A stretch of DNA of 63,785 nucleotides, the filler included, from Guillardia theta CCMP2712 (Eukaryota; Protista; Cryptophyta): the NCBI RefSeq assembly GCF_000315625.1. It is 6 parts of 6 records of this genome, joined end to end, with 100 filler letters (N's around TTAATTAATTAA, not from the genome) between each part and the next. Parts side by side here need not be neighbours in the genome. Positions count along the whole stretch, not along the records: positions 1 to 18,757 come from NW_005434591.1; 5 more parts are not named here. One strand, given 5' to 3'. The translations under genes were made by a program, and so were the position numbers. Shown here one piece after another: positions 1 to 9,932 of this stretch. Position 1 is the stretch's first letter. Each line of letters begins with the position of its first letter. The notes beneath the pieces are model-generated. The model ran no database searches. It was not told the origin of the DNA and saw nothing but the letters and a program-made list of their open reading frames with translations.

Positions 1-1981
1 GAGGAGAGAGGAGGAGGAGGAAGAGGAGGAAGAGGATATGATCATCATTACCCGGATCATTCGAAGGACTGGGCCGCTGAAACGGAAAGAGTCCACGGCC
101 TGAAAAGAAATGAGCCAGGACGACAAGATCGAGGAGAGGAGAAGAGGAGGGGAGGAGGAGGCGGAGTCTCACCGACCCTACAAGCTTGAAAGCTTCTTCT
201 GTGAACGAGTTGCTTCTCTTCAACCCGCTCATCGTCACCTGCCCGCTCGTCAGTGTCATCGGCAGAGGACGGGGCTGATGTACCTTGGGGCTGCAGCAGG
301 TGGAGGAGGACGAGTTGGGTTGGAGAAGATGCGGGAGGAAGCTCGCAAGGATGTGATACACTCCCATCACGAGCAGCGACAGCACCAAGAACACTCCCAT
401 CCACCCCAGCACTCCCCACATGCTGCCGCTCCCTCCTGCCGCTCCCTCCCCCGTCCGCTGGCCCGTCAGCCGATGGCGCAGAGGATGCGAGGCCTTGGCT
501 AGGATCATCCCCGGCGCCCAGTCGATCTCGACGCCTCCGATCTGCCCGAGCATGAGAATGTCGTAGTCCTCCGGCACGTGCAGCCCGTCCCGCAGGAGCA
601 CTTCGAGGTAGACGGCGCTGTAGCAGTACTTGTGCTCACTTCCCTTCCGCATCTGCGGGTACAGCCCCTTCTCCGTCACTTCCTCCCATGACAGGCTGCA
701 GAAAGTCCTCGCTGCCTCCCTCAGAGCTCGGATGGTCACACCGTCATGCCTTCCCTCCCCTAGCCCTGCGTGTGGGTCTCCCTCCCCTCCGCTTTCCCTC
801 CTCCTCCCGCCGGGCACCAGGTTGAGCGCGGCAGCAGTGTGACGGAAATGCTCGAAGGCCACCACGACCTTGGAGTGATTTCTCGTCCAGAAAGGAGGCT
901 GATGTATCCCCGAGATCGCGCAAGGCTCCCGCTGGCATCCGTCTCCTCCTCCTCCTGCCTCCGACTGCATCTTGTCACGGAAGTGCGACAGGAAGTCCTG
1001 CATCCTCCTCCGACATCCCTCGTAGTCGCCCGACCCCCTCACGCTTGACTTCAGCCGCCCTCGGTAGTGATCCATGTACGCCATCCGCTCCTCGTCCTCG
1101 AACCCCTCGTGCGCGTACCCCTTGAGAAAGCAGGGCTCCTCCTCCTCCGCGGGAGGCGACAAGGAGTTGTACACTCGTCTCGCCTCGTCCTGTCCCAGCC
1201 CGAGGTAGCTGTGCGTGTACAGCGAGTACGTGTTGCCTCCTACCGTCACCGTGTGGAACGAGAGGTCGGCCCGGTCACGATCCGGCGACCCAGGGCTGAA
1301 CTCGAACGTCACCTGCATCGACGCTCCTCCCACCTCCAGCGCCCCGACAGTTCCCTGCTGAGCATTGCGCATCCCCTGCAGTCTTCCAGCAAGGAAGTTG
1401 ACGGACAGCCAGCCGTACACGCCCTCCTCCACCCCCGAGATCTCCTCGACATTGCTGGATTCGATCAGGAACGGGGAGTTCCTTCGCAGATGAGCCTCGC
1501 AGCTGGTCAGGATCTGACGAGCGACACTGCGGGGCAGGAGGCGAAGGCCGGCTGTTCCTGCGAGGATGAAAGGAGTGTCTTTCCACTTGGACTGAGGTAC
1601 ATTCTCCTTGGCAAACGCTATCAGGGCATCCAACGACGAGCCTGCAGCTGACGGGTTGCCGGCGAAGGAAGACAGTCCAGGCTCGGTCTTGAGCTTCTTG
1701 CAGGGAAGAGTGATGTTGGGGATGAGGTTGCTGCTTGCTGCCAGCGACTCCTGGTGGAACTTGAGAGGAACACTCCACAATAGCTTGAAGACATGCACAC
1801 GGGACCCGCTGCTCCCCGCGTCCACCAGCACAACGTACGACACCAGCTCGTCGACGAGCTCGCTGCTCTTCAAGTCCCGCAAGGCCTTCCTGGGGAGCTC
1901 GTAGGGCTCCGACTCGTATCCTGCTGACGCGAAATGCAGGACGAGAAAGACCCACACTAGCGGCGCGATGCAATGTGACAT
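1..1981 (-). CDS. GDA1/CD39 family nucleoside phosphatase (apyrase/NTPDase), 3' end runs off the window
   Basis: Hand translation of the minus frame from ATG 1981 (MSHCIAPLVWVFLVLHF); no stop was seen before base 1, which would explain its absence from the ORF track. All five apyrase conserved regions are present: YVVLVDAGSSGSRVHVF, GTAGLRLL, GVEEGVYGWLSVNFL, GALEVGGASMQVTF and IDWAPGMIL. A C-terminal TM helix (WGVLGWMGVFLVLSLLVMGVY) follows. Confidence 0.93.
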   Translation of the reverse strand, partial: MSHCIAPLVWVFLVLHFASAGYESEPYELPRKALRDLKSSELVDELVSYVVLVDAGSSGSRVHVFKLLWSVPLKFHQESLAASSNLIPNITLPCKKLKTEPGLSSFAGNPSAAGSSLDALIAFAKENVPQSKWKDTPFILAGTAGLRLLPRSVARQILTSCEAHLRRNSPFLIESSNVEEISGVEEGVYGWLSVNFLAGRLQGMRNAQQGTVGALEVGGASMQVTFEFSPGSPDRDRADLSFHTVTVGGNTYSLYTHSYLGLGQDEARRVYNSLSPPAEEEEPCFLKGYAHEGFEDEERMAYMDHYRGRLKSSVRGSGDYEGCRRRMQDFLSHFRDKMQSEAGGGGDGCQREPCAISGIHQPPFWTRNHSKVVVAFEHFRHTAAALNLVPGGRRRESGGEGDPHAGLGEGRHDGVTIRALREAARTFCSLSWEEVTEKGLYPQMRKGSEHKYCYSAVYLEVLLRDGLHVPEDYDILMLGQIGGVEIDWAPGMILAKASHPLRHRLTGQRTGEGAAGGSGSMWGVLGWMGVFLVLSLLVMGVYHILASFLPHLLQPNSSSSTCCSPKVHQPRPLPMTLTSGQVTMSGLKRSNSFTEEAFKLVGSVRLRLLLPSSSPLLDLVVLAHFFSGRGLFPFQRPSPSNDPGNDDHILFLLFLLLLSP

Positions 1982-2018
1982 CCCGCTACACCCGTTTGTC
2001 CGCATCAACAAGCGTAAG

Positions 2019-2363
2019 ATGATGTCGCGACCTCCTTCAAACACGCAAGTGCAGAGACTCTCAGCGTCTTGTCTGCTCAGAAACGTTGAAGAAAAGAAAA
2101 ACTCCCTGCTGTTGAACGCTGAACTTGATCACCTGTGCCGAAGATACTGGGCTACTGATTTGACCAAGTTCAGGTTTGGGGGCAAGAGCGAGGTCGGGGC
2201 AAGTGACCAGCAGCCTCTTGAGTGCGACAAAGGCTCCTGTCAAGGTCTGTCGCTTCCTGCTGGAGACTTGTGCTCCGATGACCTCGTCTGTTACGAGCCC
2301 TTGTGGATGAGCAGCCGGGCGGGTTGGGGGAGGAAGACAAACTTTGAAGCTCAGAGCGCATGA
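2019..2363 (+). CDS. Hypothetical protein, head-to-head with the apyrase
   Basis: Open frame with non-repetitive, protein-like composition (LLRNVEEKKNSLLLNAELDHLCRRYW); no recognisable domain. Confidence 0.25.
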   Translation: MMSRPPSNTQVQRLSASCLLRNVEEKKNSLLLNAELDHLCRRYWATDLTKFRFGGKSEVGASDQQPLECDKGSCQGLSLPAGDLCSDDLVCYEPLWMSSRAGWGRKTNFEAQSA

Positions 2364-2756
2364 TGGAAGCAGAGCTCCCCTGCTCGCATGGTAGATGTGC
2401 TGTGTGCTGTACTCTGCTCTGCTCTCTTTCTTCGCTCTGCTTCTCTCCTCCTCCTCCTCCTCCTCCTCCTCCTCCTACCTCCCCTTCTCAGCCATCGCGT
2501 GCATGCTCCAAACCGGCCCCCACCCCCACCCCCACCCTGAACACCTTGCTTGACCATCCCCTACCTACTCCATTCAAGGCAAAAGTACCCACCCTGTAGA
2601 GGATCCGGGTACCCCCCGTGACAGTTAGGATATTGTTTGGTTTACGGGTACATTTATGTCAAATCGAGAGGAAAAGAGGGGGTGGGGTAGTCAGGCGCTC
2701 ACATTCGACTGCTCTGGGGAAACGACGGACGAATCATGTTGAAGGGATAAAGAGCG

Positions 2757-2925
2757 AGAGAGGAGGAGGTAGAGAGGAGGAGGTAGAGAGGAGGAGGTAG
2801 AGAGGAGGAGGTAGAGAGGAGGAGGTAGAGAGGAGGAGGGAGAGAGGAGGAGGTAGAGAGGAGGAGGTAGAGAGGAGGAGGGAGAGAGGAGGGAGAGAGG
2901 ATGAGGGAGAGAGGAGGAGGTAGAG
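2757..2925. repeat. Polypurine tandem repeat, ~14-bp unit GGAGGAGGTAGAGA
   Basis: Directly visible tandem copies with variants. Confidence 0.9.
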
Positions 2926-3267
2926 ATGATGGTGGATGTAGGAGGGGAGTCGGGGTCATTGTTTCAGGATGGTTTAAAAGTGTCCGAGACTCCCTTGATG
3001 ATTGAGAGATAAAGCAGGATGAGGACCATGAGCGGTTGGCGATAAGATGATGAATCGCAGTGCAGGGAATTGTGTGGCATGGTCGAAATCTCTCTATGTT
3101 GCTTCACTACTTACATCTCTGTTCCTCTACGAACTCTACGAGGCAAGGACAACCAAGAAAGCTCATTCGGACCCTCCCGCACTTACATCGTTCCTTACAC
3201 CAACTCCAGCTTCTTGTTCCCTTGCCCCTTCTCACTGAGGCTGCCCAGTCCCCGCACAAGTTCACCC

Positions 3268-4020
3268 TCATCTCGCCATCGGCTCCACGCACCACTCGCT
3301 CACATCCTCCGGTATGTACACTTCGGCCATGCACAACCTGTCCGGCTGTCCCGGAAGCATCTCGGTCTCCTCCGTCAAGTCTTGAGCATCACACTCTGGT
3401 GACATCATGCTCCAGATATCTTCGTCCCAGCTCAACGATGCTGCTCTCTTCCTGCTCGTCTCCAGCAGGCAGCTCCCCGTCTCTGATGTCCCGAGAGGCG
3501 ACTCAGACAAAGTCATCGCTGCCTCGCAGCGCCGCTGGGCCTGCTCGTTCTCTCCTGTCTCCGAGACCTCGGCCAGTCTCCCGCCTGCCAGCGTCTGCTG
3601 TGCGGCCTCTCCGTTGTCGTCCTTTCTGCTGACAGTCGACGCCTGCGCCTGGTCCTCGGGCTGCGTCTCGTGACTCCCCGCCATGTCCCTGGTATGCTTG
3701 GCCCACGACCTCCTGTCCCATATGTCCCGGACGGTCTTGGAGCTCACGCCGTAGCACTTGCCTACGACCTGGCTCTCCGCGAACTTGCTGCTTGCATCCG
3801 ACACCCTGTCTTTGAAGATCTTACGCGCCACGTCGACGCTGAGCTTGCGCTGGCGCACCTTGCCCATGCAAGGAAGGGAAGTTGTAGGGTTGAGGGAGGC
3901 GGGGGCCCAGGCGAGGGCAGCAGGAGGAAGGTAGAGAGGATAGGCAACGATGTTAGATTTGGGCCGCTGAAGTAGCAGGGGCATGGAGCTAGGAGACATA
4001 AGGCTGACGGAATGCTCCAT
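3268..4020 (-). CDS. Hypothetical protein with HTH-like 'YGVSSKTVRDIW' domain
   Basis: Single open frame containing RQRKLSVDVARKIF...SQVVGKCYGVSSKTVRDIWDRRSW. I recognise this helix-turn-helix-like motif from an expanded cryptophyte hypothetical-protein family. Confidence 0.7.
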   Translation of the reverse strand: MEHSVSLMSPSSMPLLLQRPKSNIVAYPLYLPPAALAWAPASLNPTTSLPCMGKVRQRKLSVDVARKIFKDRVSDASSKFAESQVVGKCYGVSSKTVRDIWDRRSWAKHTRDMAGSHETQPEDQAQASTVSRKDDNGEAAQQTLAGGRLAEVSETGENEQAQRRCEAAMTLSESPLGTSETGSCLLETSRKRAASLSWDEDIWSMMSPECDAQDLTEETEMLPGQPDRLCMAEVYIPEDVSEWCVEPMAR

Positions 4021-4437
4021 CGTGTAAGCACACTGGGGAGCGTGAGAGCGTGGCAGGGAGATGTACAGCAAGGGCGACGATATCGCAGTGAGCGGAGGAG
4101 GCGCAGGTCACAAGGAGGGAGGGGATGGCAGGTCGACGGTAGTGGAACGAAGGGGGTTCAGGACAGTACCGGTGGTAGGGAATGGATTTACCACCCACCC
4201 AATTGACCCGAATCCATTAATGGATCATTGAGACCGTGCGAGGTTGTCCAGTTGGTACCCCTCCCCCCCCCACCCCCCTCTCCGGAGGTCCTTCATGCAT
4301 CGGTATCTCCCCGTAAATCTCCCGTAAATCTCCCGGCGCCTCCCGGCATCGCTGACGGACCCCCACCCCCTCTTTTCCCGGGTAATGCGCCCTCAATGCC
4401 ATCATGGGATAGCTTGAAATCAGCACTTCCTGATTGT

Positions 4438-5223
4438 CTCGTACTGATTTTTAACTTAACTTTGAGTAAAGTCAGTACGAGCCCATGGGACAGATAAAAC
4501 TACCGGGGCCCCGGGGGGGTACGGTCCCTAGCCCGGGCCGCCGGGCCCGAACTTCGGAACCGGGCGGGCCGTGGCGGAACTCGGAACCGTGGCAGCCGCG
4601 GCCGGCCGCCCGGCCGGGGGGCCGCCGCCGGCGGGAGTGTCTCAGTGAGCCCGTGACCGTGAATCGGAGGCTCAGCCGCCCGGCGGGGCCGCTTCCGAAG
4701 TTCCGGGCCCGGCACTACCGTACCGAGTCTGCGGCGCCGCCGCCGTCTTCGACGGTTGCCTGCTGAGTCGACGGTCAACAGCCCCGGCCCCGAGAGTCGA
4801 GGAGCCCGGCGCTCGGTCGGAGGATTGACCGTTTCGGAGTCCGATTCAAGTCAAGGACCAGGCTCCGTACTCCCGAGTCCGCCGGGGCCCCGGTCCGATC
4901 CGGCCCGGGCCCGGCCGCCGAAGTTTACCGTACGGCGGCGTAGTACTGCTGACGGACAGGGCGTCACCCTACAGCCCTTCCCACCGTTTGCCTTTCTAAA
5001 CTCGCTGCACTGAGACTAGTAGTTTCAGGACCGGCCGGGCCGCGCCGGACGCACTGGGCCGGCGGGTCCATCAGTGTTGGCGGCGGCCGCGGGCCCGCCG
5101 CTCAGTGGCGGAGTCGGAACTTGATGGCAGGGCCCGGGCCTGCCAGGCCCGACAGTGACCCCGCAACTTCTAGCTCTTTTCAAGTTTGTACAGTACAAAC
5201 TTTGGTACATAACTTTGAGTAAA
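4438..5223. other. GC-rich CCGG/GGCC intergenic island 1, bounded by TAACTTTGAGTAAA motifs and palindromes
   Basis: Very GC-rich core at 4500-5160; motif copies at 4457-4470 and 5210-5223; inverted repeats at 4438-4481 and 5182-5202. Confidence 0.7.
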
Positions 5224-5592
5224 CTAAAACTAGATTCTTCCAACTATGAAACAAAACAGTAGGAGGCTACGAAATGTGGTACACAACTAAAAACATATAA
5301 GAAATTGAATAAGCTACTTTGAACCAAATTTATATTTAAAGATCATTTCGGTACAAAAAGGTTTTAAATATTGCAACTACCCATCCGGCTACCCCCTCCC
5401 TCCTACCCCAATCTCTTCTAATCCGAATCCGGTACCCCCCATTATTGAAAGACCACCGTCATTCCTGAATGATCAGAGTCTAATAGTACCGGTAGTCTGA
5501 TAACCCCTACCCATCATTTTCAATTGCCCTCCACCCCTGCGTATTAATTAAATACCACATCGACACCACGTTCTCCTCTCCTCTGCGCGTGC

Positions 5593-5778
5593 ATGGCTCC
5601 AGCCCTGCCCGCACCCCCCGGCTCTTCCTCCTTCCCCCATCTCCTCAACAAGAGCTTCTCCTCTGCTGTCAAGGTCACACGCACTGTCGTTCATTACGGA
5701 TTCGTCCCCTTCGTTCTCTACCTCGGATTTCAGAGTGAGACCAAGCCTGGAGTGCTGCAGCTCTTCCTCCCGATCTAA
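5593..5778 (+). CDS. TOM7: Mitochondrial import receptor subunit TOM7
   Basis: 61 aa with the Tom7 signature VVHYGFVPFVLYLG...KPGVLQLFLPI at the C-terminus. Confidence 0.88.
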   Translation: MAPALPAPPGSSSFPHLLNKSFSSAVKVTRTVVHYGFVPFVLYLGFQSETKPGVLQLFLPI

Positions 5779-5865
5779 GTGCTTGCGGTTGTTGAGCGCT
5801 CAGTAGGTGTTTGACTCACCTGTACCTCTTGTTTTTCTCTTCTCTGCCTCTACATCTCTATAGAA

Positions 5866-6306
5866 ATGCCGCTCTACAACTTGACTGCAATTGCTCGTGC
5901 ACAATTGTCAACGAATGATGTCCACTCAGTGCTCCGGAACCTTACTGGTGTGATTGTTGGCAAGAATGGGGTTGTTGCAAATATTCATAACTGGGGACTT
6001 CAGAATCTTGCTTATAGAATGAAGTCGAGACAAGATTTCCATACGCAGGGTCGTATTTTTCAAATGAAATTTGTCCTTTCTCCTGCAGCATTGCATGACT
6101 TGCAGTATGCGATGAAGATGGATGAAAGGCTTCTTCGGTGGATGTTGATGAAAGAAATGAACACCAGTGTTGTTAGTCTCGGCGCTGTTGAACTCTCTCG
6201 GCTTTCAAAGGCTGCGGAGGGCTTGGCTACTGAGTTGCAAAGTCCTGACACGAACGATGATGAAGCTTTCCTCAACCAAATCATGAATCGGGTTTACAAA
6301 GACTAG
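5866..6306 (+). CDS. MRPS6: Mitochondrial ribosomal protein S6 (bS6m)
   Basis: MPLYNLTAIAR start, GVVANIHNWGLQNLAYRMK and MDERLLRW are typical of bS6/MRP17. Confidence 0.9.
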   Translation: MPLYNLTAIARAQLSTNDVHSVLRNLTGVIVGKNGVVANIHNWGLQNLAYRMKSRQDFHTQGRIFQMKFVLSPAALHDLQYAMKMDERLLRWMLMKEMNTSVVSLGAVELSRLSKAAEGLATELQSPDTNDDEAFLNQIMNRVYKD

Positions 6307-7900
6307 AAGCATTGTATCTTCCTGGTGAAATAAATCCTATTTGTCAAAGTTTTCATGCTTGTCCTCCACTCATAATCATATTCTTGAGACTCTACAGCGA
6401 AGCACTGTAACATTGAAAGGTTGATAGAACCGACTCTTTCAACACAAATATCAGACTTGAACGCTATAGATGTCATCAGAGTCCTGAAGGTAAAAGTCAT
6501 CATGTATATGCCAGCAACATGAGATTTGAGCAGACCTTCTCGATAACCACTGGATAGTTGTCTTGTGCGTACTTCCATTCGTGCCGAGGATGGTTTGACC
6601 CCATCTGTCCGGCGGTGATGGTGGGGTGCATCATGACAGGCTCGGACTCGTAGATCCAAGGCGGCGACTCCACTGACGGACTAGACGCTCCCGGCACAGA
6701 CCCAAGAGGTCTGAGCTGCATCGCCCCAGGCAGATGCGCAGTGGTGCCGTCAACTGCTTGAGGCTGCGTCATGTAGACCAGATTTCGCTGGGGAGCCTGT
6801 TGTGGCTCGTTGCCGAGGTAGCCATGGCCGGGCATCGGCTGGAAGTTCTGAGGCCTCAGGTTGCTGCTTGGCTGATGTTGGTAGGGCTGAGAAGGGGCAG
6901 GCGCTGCTGGTGGCATCTGTTGTTGGCTATCGTTCCCGTAAGCCGTGCGAGGCAGAGTCACTTCTCTCAGTTTTCCGTTCTGCCCCTGAAACCCAAGAGT
7001 CACCCATGAATTCCTCGGTCCTGGTATCTTGTGCTTGATGTGCGCAAGGCCGAGGCCCTGGACGTCTTGTCCGTCAATCTGAACGAGTACGTCGCCCTGC
7101 AGCTTGAGGTCAGCGAGTCAGCTTGCTGCGTCTCCAGCACCTGACCAGCTGGATCTGGCCTGACAGGTGAGCTGGTCCTCCAGCCACCAGTCTCTTGACA
7201 AACACAAACATCTTTCCCGTGCCAAAGTCTACCCGCTCACCGAACTTGATGCCCACCTGACAACACATCAGACCGCACCTTCAGGTCAAGCCATCGCCGC
7301 ACCCCTCGGATCTCTGCAGGAGGGCTCATGACCGAGATCCTTGGAACTTCCTGCACGCCTAACACGCTTCGTCGCTCGAGGAGTTGTATGCTCGGAGCAT
7401 GGCTCACTCGCTGACTCAGCACAGGTATCGCGTGCTGATGCACCACCCGCACGGGCCTGCTATAACTTGCAGCAGACGTTAGAGATGGCCCGCTGAGCTG
7501 CACGGGTGACAGCCGTTGCGAGCTCATCAGGTTTGCGTTCTGTGAGGAGAAGATGTTGTGATGGTTGGGTTGCGACGACATGGTGGACTGAAATGTCCTT
7601 TGATTCGGGTCAGATGAAGTGAGATGAGCGCTGACGGTTGAGTAGAATCCTTGGTTGGTCGTGTAGGAGGTCTGTGAGGTGGAGTATGCTGCATCCTGCG
7701 GAAGGTTCTTAGACAGAGGGTCTTGTGGCTATGCCTCCCTCAGAGAGACTCACTGCGTGATTGCTTGCGGTCTCATAATACCCGTAAGATCCGAACCGCT
7801 CTATGTGACGATCGTAACTTCGGTAGATCCTTCCTTCGAAGCTGCCTCCAAGGTTGGATGAGTAGTGATCAGCATCCAGCATTTGCGACTTCAAATTCAT
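6303..7900 (-). CDS. PDZ-domain protein, multi-exon; 5' end uncertain
   Basis: Spliced reading KRLVAGGPAHLSGQIQL/GDVLVQIDGQDVQGLGLAHIKHKIPGPRNSWVTLGF (7000-7200) is a PDZ domain. It is flanked by S/Q/P-rich ORFs 7237-7581 and 6500-7003, with a putative last exon ending at 6303. Confidence 0.7.
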
Positions 7901-8924
7901 CAGAGTTGTTTCTTGATCCGATACCTGCTAACGAGCACGGTCAGATCCTTCAGGATTCGTACTGGTATACGGAGCATCAATTTTGCACAAGAAATGATAA
8001 TTGTTGTTGAATCACAGTAGCGTAGCGTGATCCCGGTTTCTTACTCTCTCTTCCCTCACTGTGAAATCCCTAAAACTTGCGGAAACCTGCTAACGATTCT
8101 CAGCCTTCCTCTGGTATTACTAGTAGTAATGAGTGTAGACAACACTCCAGATACACTGATCATCGGAGGGGAGAGAGAGGAAGCGACATGGTCGGCGGCT
8201 GAGTCCGCATGTCATGCTCATGCAGCGCAGCTCGCATGCTGCGTCGGCAGCCTCCTCGCGCAGGGCCGCTAGCGGTAGCATCATGGGACGCTCGGAGCCT
8301 CTCGTCGGAGGCGCGTCGACTCTCAAGCGTCAACTTCGCCCAAGTCAACTGTGAGAGAGAAAGGCTGCTGCCCCCCCTCTGTCATAAGATGATCTCCGAG
8401 GCGGGTTTGTCAAATGGGAATAATAAGCAAAAACACTGAAGATGATTACAGGGCAGGAAAGGCAGGAGGCCAGTTGAGCAGAGCAAGCACAGTAGTTCTC
8501 CTCTGTCTTCCCTTCTCTTCCTCTCTTCTCCTCCATCCCTCTCTTCTCCTCTTCCCTTCTCTTCCTCTCTTCTCCTCCATCCCTCTGCTCTCCTCTTCCC
8601 TTCTCTTCCTCTCTTCTCCTCCATCCCTCTGCTCTCCTCTTCCCTTCTCTTCCTCTCTCCTCTTCAACTCCTCTCCTGTCTTCCTCTCTTTTTCACTTCT
8701 TCGCTTCTTCGCTTCTCCACTTTTCCTCCGGTCCTTTGTTTGACTCTGTTCTGTGCCTCTGCTCTGCCCATATTTCTCCTCGTCGTGCTTCTCCTCTCCA
8801 TCGACACGTCCTCAGGTCGTGTGATTCAGCTCGGCCACTCGCCTCTTCCTGCACGACCTCTTGCTATAAAACAGGTCCTCGCATGGCATAGTCGCCATTG
8901 CGTGACCTGCAGCAACAGCCTACG

Positions 8925-9872
8925 ATGATGTCACCAGCACTCCTCTTCGCTTCTGTTCTCGTTCCAGCGCTGGCAGCGTACGTCTGTTTGCTGCTCCTCT
9001 GGTCTCAATCTCCCGCATCTCCCTGCCATGGCCTCGAACCTCCTGTCATCATATCGCACCGAGGGTACAAGCGCGGCATGTTTTCGAGCTCGAGGCAATC
9101 TATCGAAGCGCTGCAGCAGCAAGGCGTCTGTCGGTTTGACCTCGATGTGAGCAGGGCTAGCGAGGGAGAGCTCTACATAGGCCACCCGACAGAGATGAAG
9201 AAAATCCTTGCAGTCTCTGAACTCGAGCTGCAGGACTTGACTATGGCTCAGATTCAGCGAGCAAGCAACGGGTCCGTTGTTCCTCTCTCAGAGGCTGTCA
9301 AGCTCGTGCTCGGCTCCCCGTGCCCTGCCTCAGTGGACATGATCAGGCTTCCTCTCCGCCTCTTGCTGGAGCCTAAGGGCAACGCAGTTACCCAGGACGC
9401 ATTGCACAAGCTGGTGGCTGTGCTCGCAGAGATCTCGCCCCCTCCTGCCCCTGGCTCTGTCGGCATCTGGTTGCAAGACAGCAAGCTTGCCAAAGAGACG
9501 AGTGACGATTTGCGGCAGAAAGGTTTGAAGGGAGTTCTGTTTCTGTACTCCCTCAAGAACCAGTCACCCCCCAACTCCTCCTCCCCGCCCACGTCGTCAT
9601 CGATCCGACAAGATTTCCCATGGGATGGTGTCGGGCCTGCGTCTTCGCTTCTCAACCCTGCGATGGCCGAGGAGGCGAGCAAGACAGGACAGATGATCGT
9701 CAGCTGGACAGTGGACGAGGTGGAGGAGGCATGCAGATGCCTGCGGAGCAACGCGAGTGCGATAGTGAGCAACGAGCCCAATGCCATCATGAGCCAGTGG
9801 TGCAAGATGAGCGCGTCCTCGCCCGTGTGCCAAGAGCATGAAAGGCTCAAAGGGGAGGAACAGAGAGGGTAA
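8925..9872 (+). CDS. Glycerophosphodiester phosphodiesterase (GDPD) family protein with N-terminal TM/signal
   Basis: Motifs VIISHRG, FDLDVSRASEGELYIGH, LLLEPK, IVSWTVDE and AIVSNEP. Confidence 0.88.
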   Translation: MMSPALLFASVLVPALAAYVCLLLLWSQSPASPCHGLEPPVIISHRGYKRGMFSSSRQSIEALQQQGVCRFDLDVSRASEGELYIGHPTEMKKILAVSELELQDLTMAQIQRASNGSVVPLSEAVKLVLGSPCPASVDMIRLPLRLLLEPKGNAVTQDALHKLVAVLAEISPPPAPGSVGIWLQDSKLAKETSDDLRQKGLKGVLFLYSLKNQSPPNSSSPPTSSSIRQDFPWDGVGPASSLLNPAMAEEASKTGQMIVSWTVDEVEEACRCLRSNASAIVSNEPNAIMSQWCKMSASSPVCQEHERLKGEEQRG

Positions 9873-9932
9873 AGAGACGTTACGTTGAGCAAGAAACAAT
9901 AAAGGAAGACGCCATACACAACCATCGCACTC

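Noticed and set aside
4485-5243. Pro/Arg/Gly-rich ORFs in the GC islands (also 12226-12943 and 60646-61005)
   Set aside because: Stop-poor by composition, open in several frames on both strands, with no domain features.
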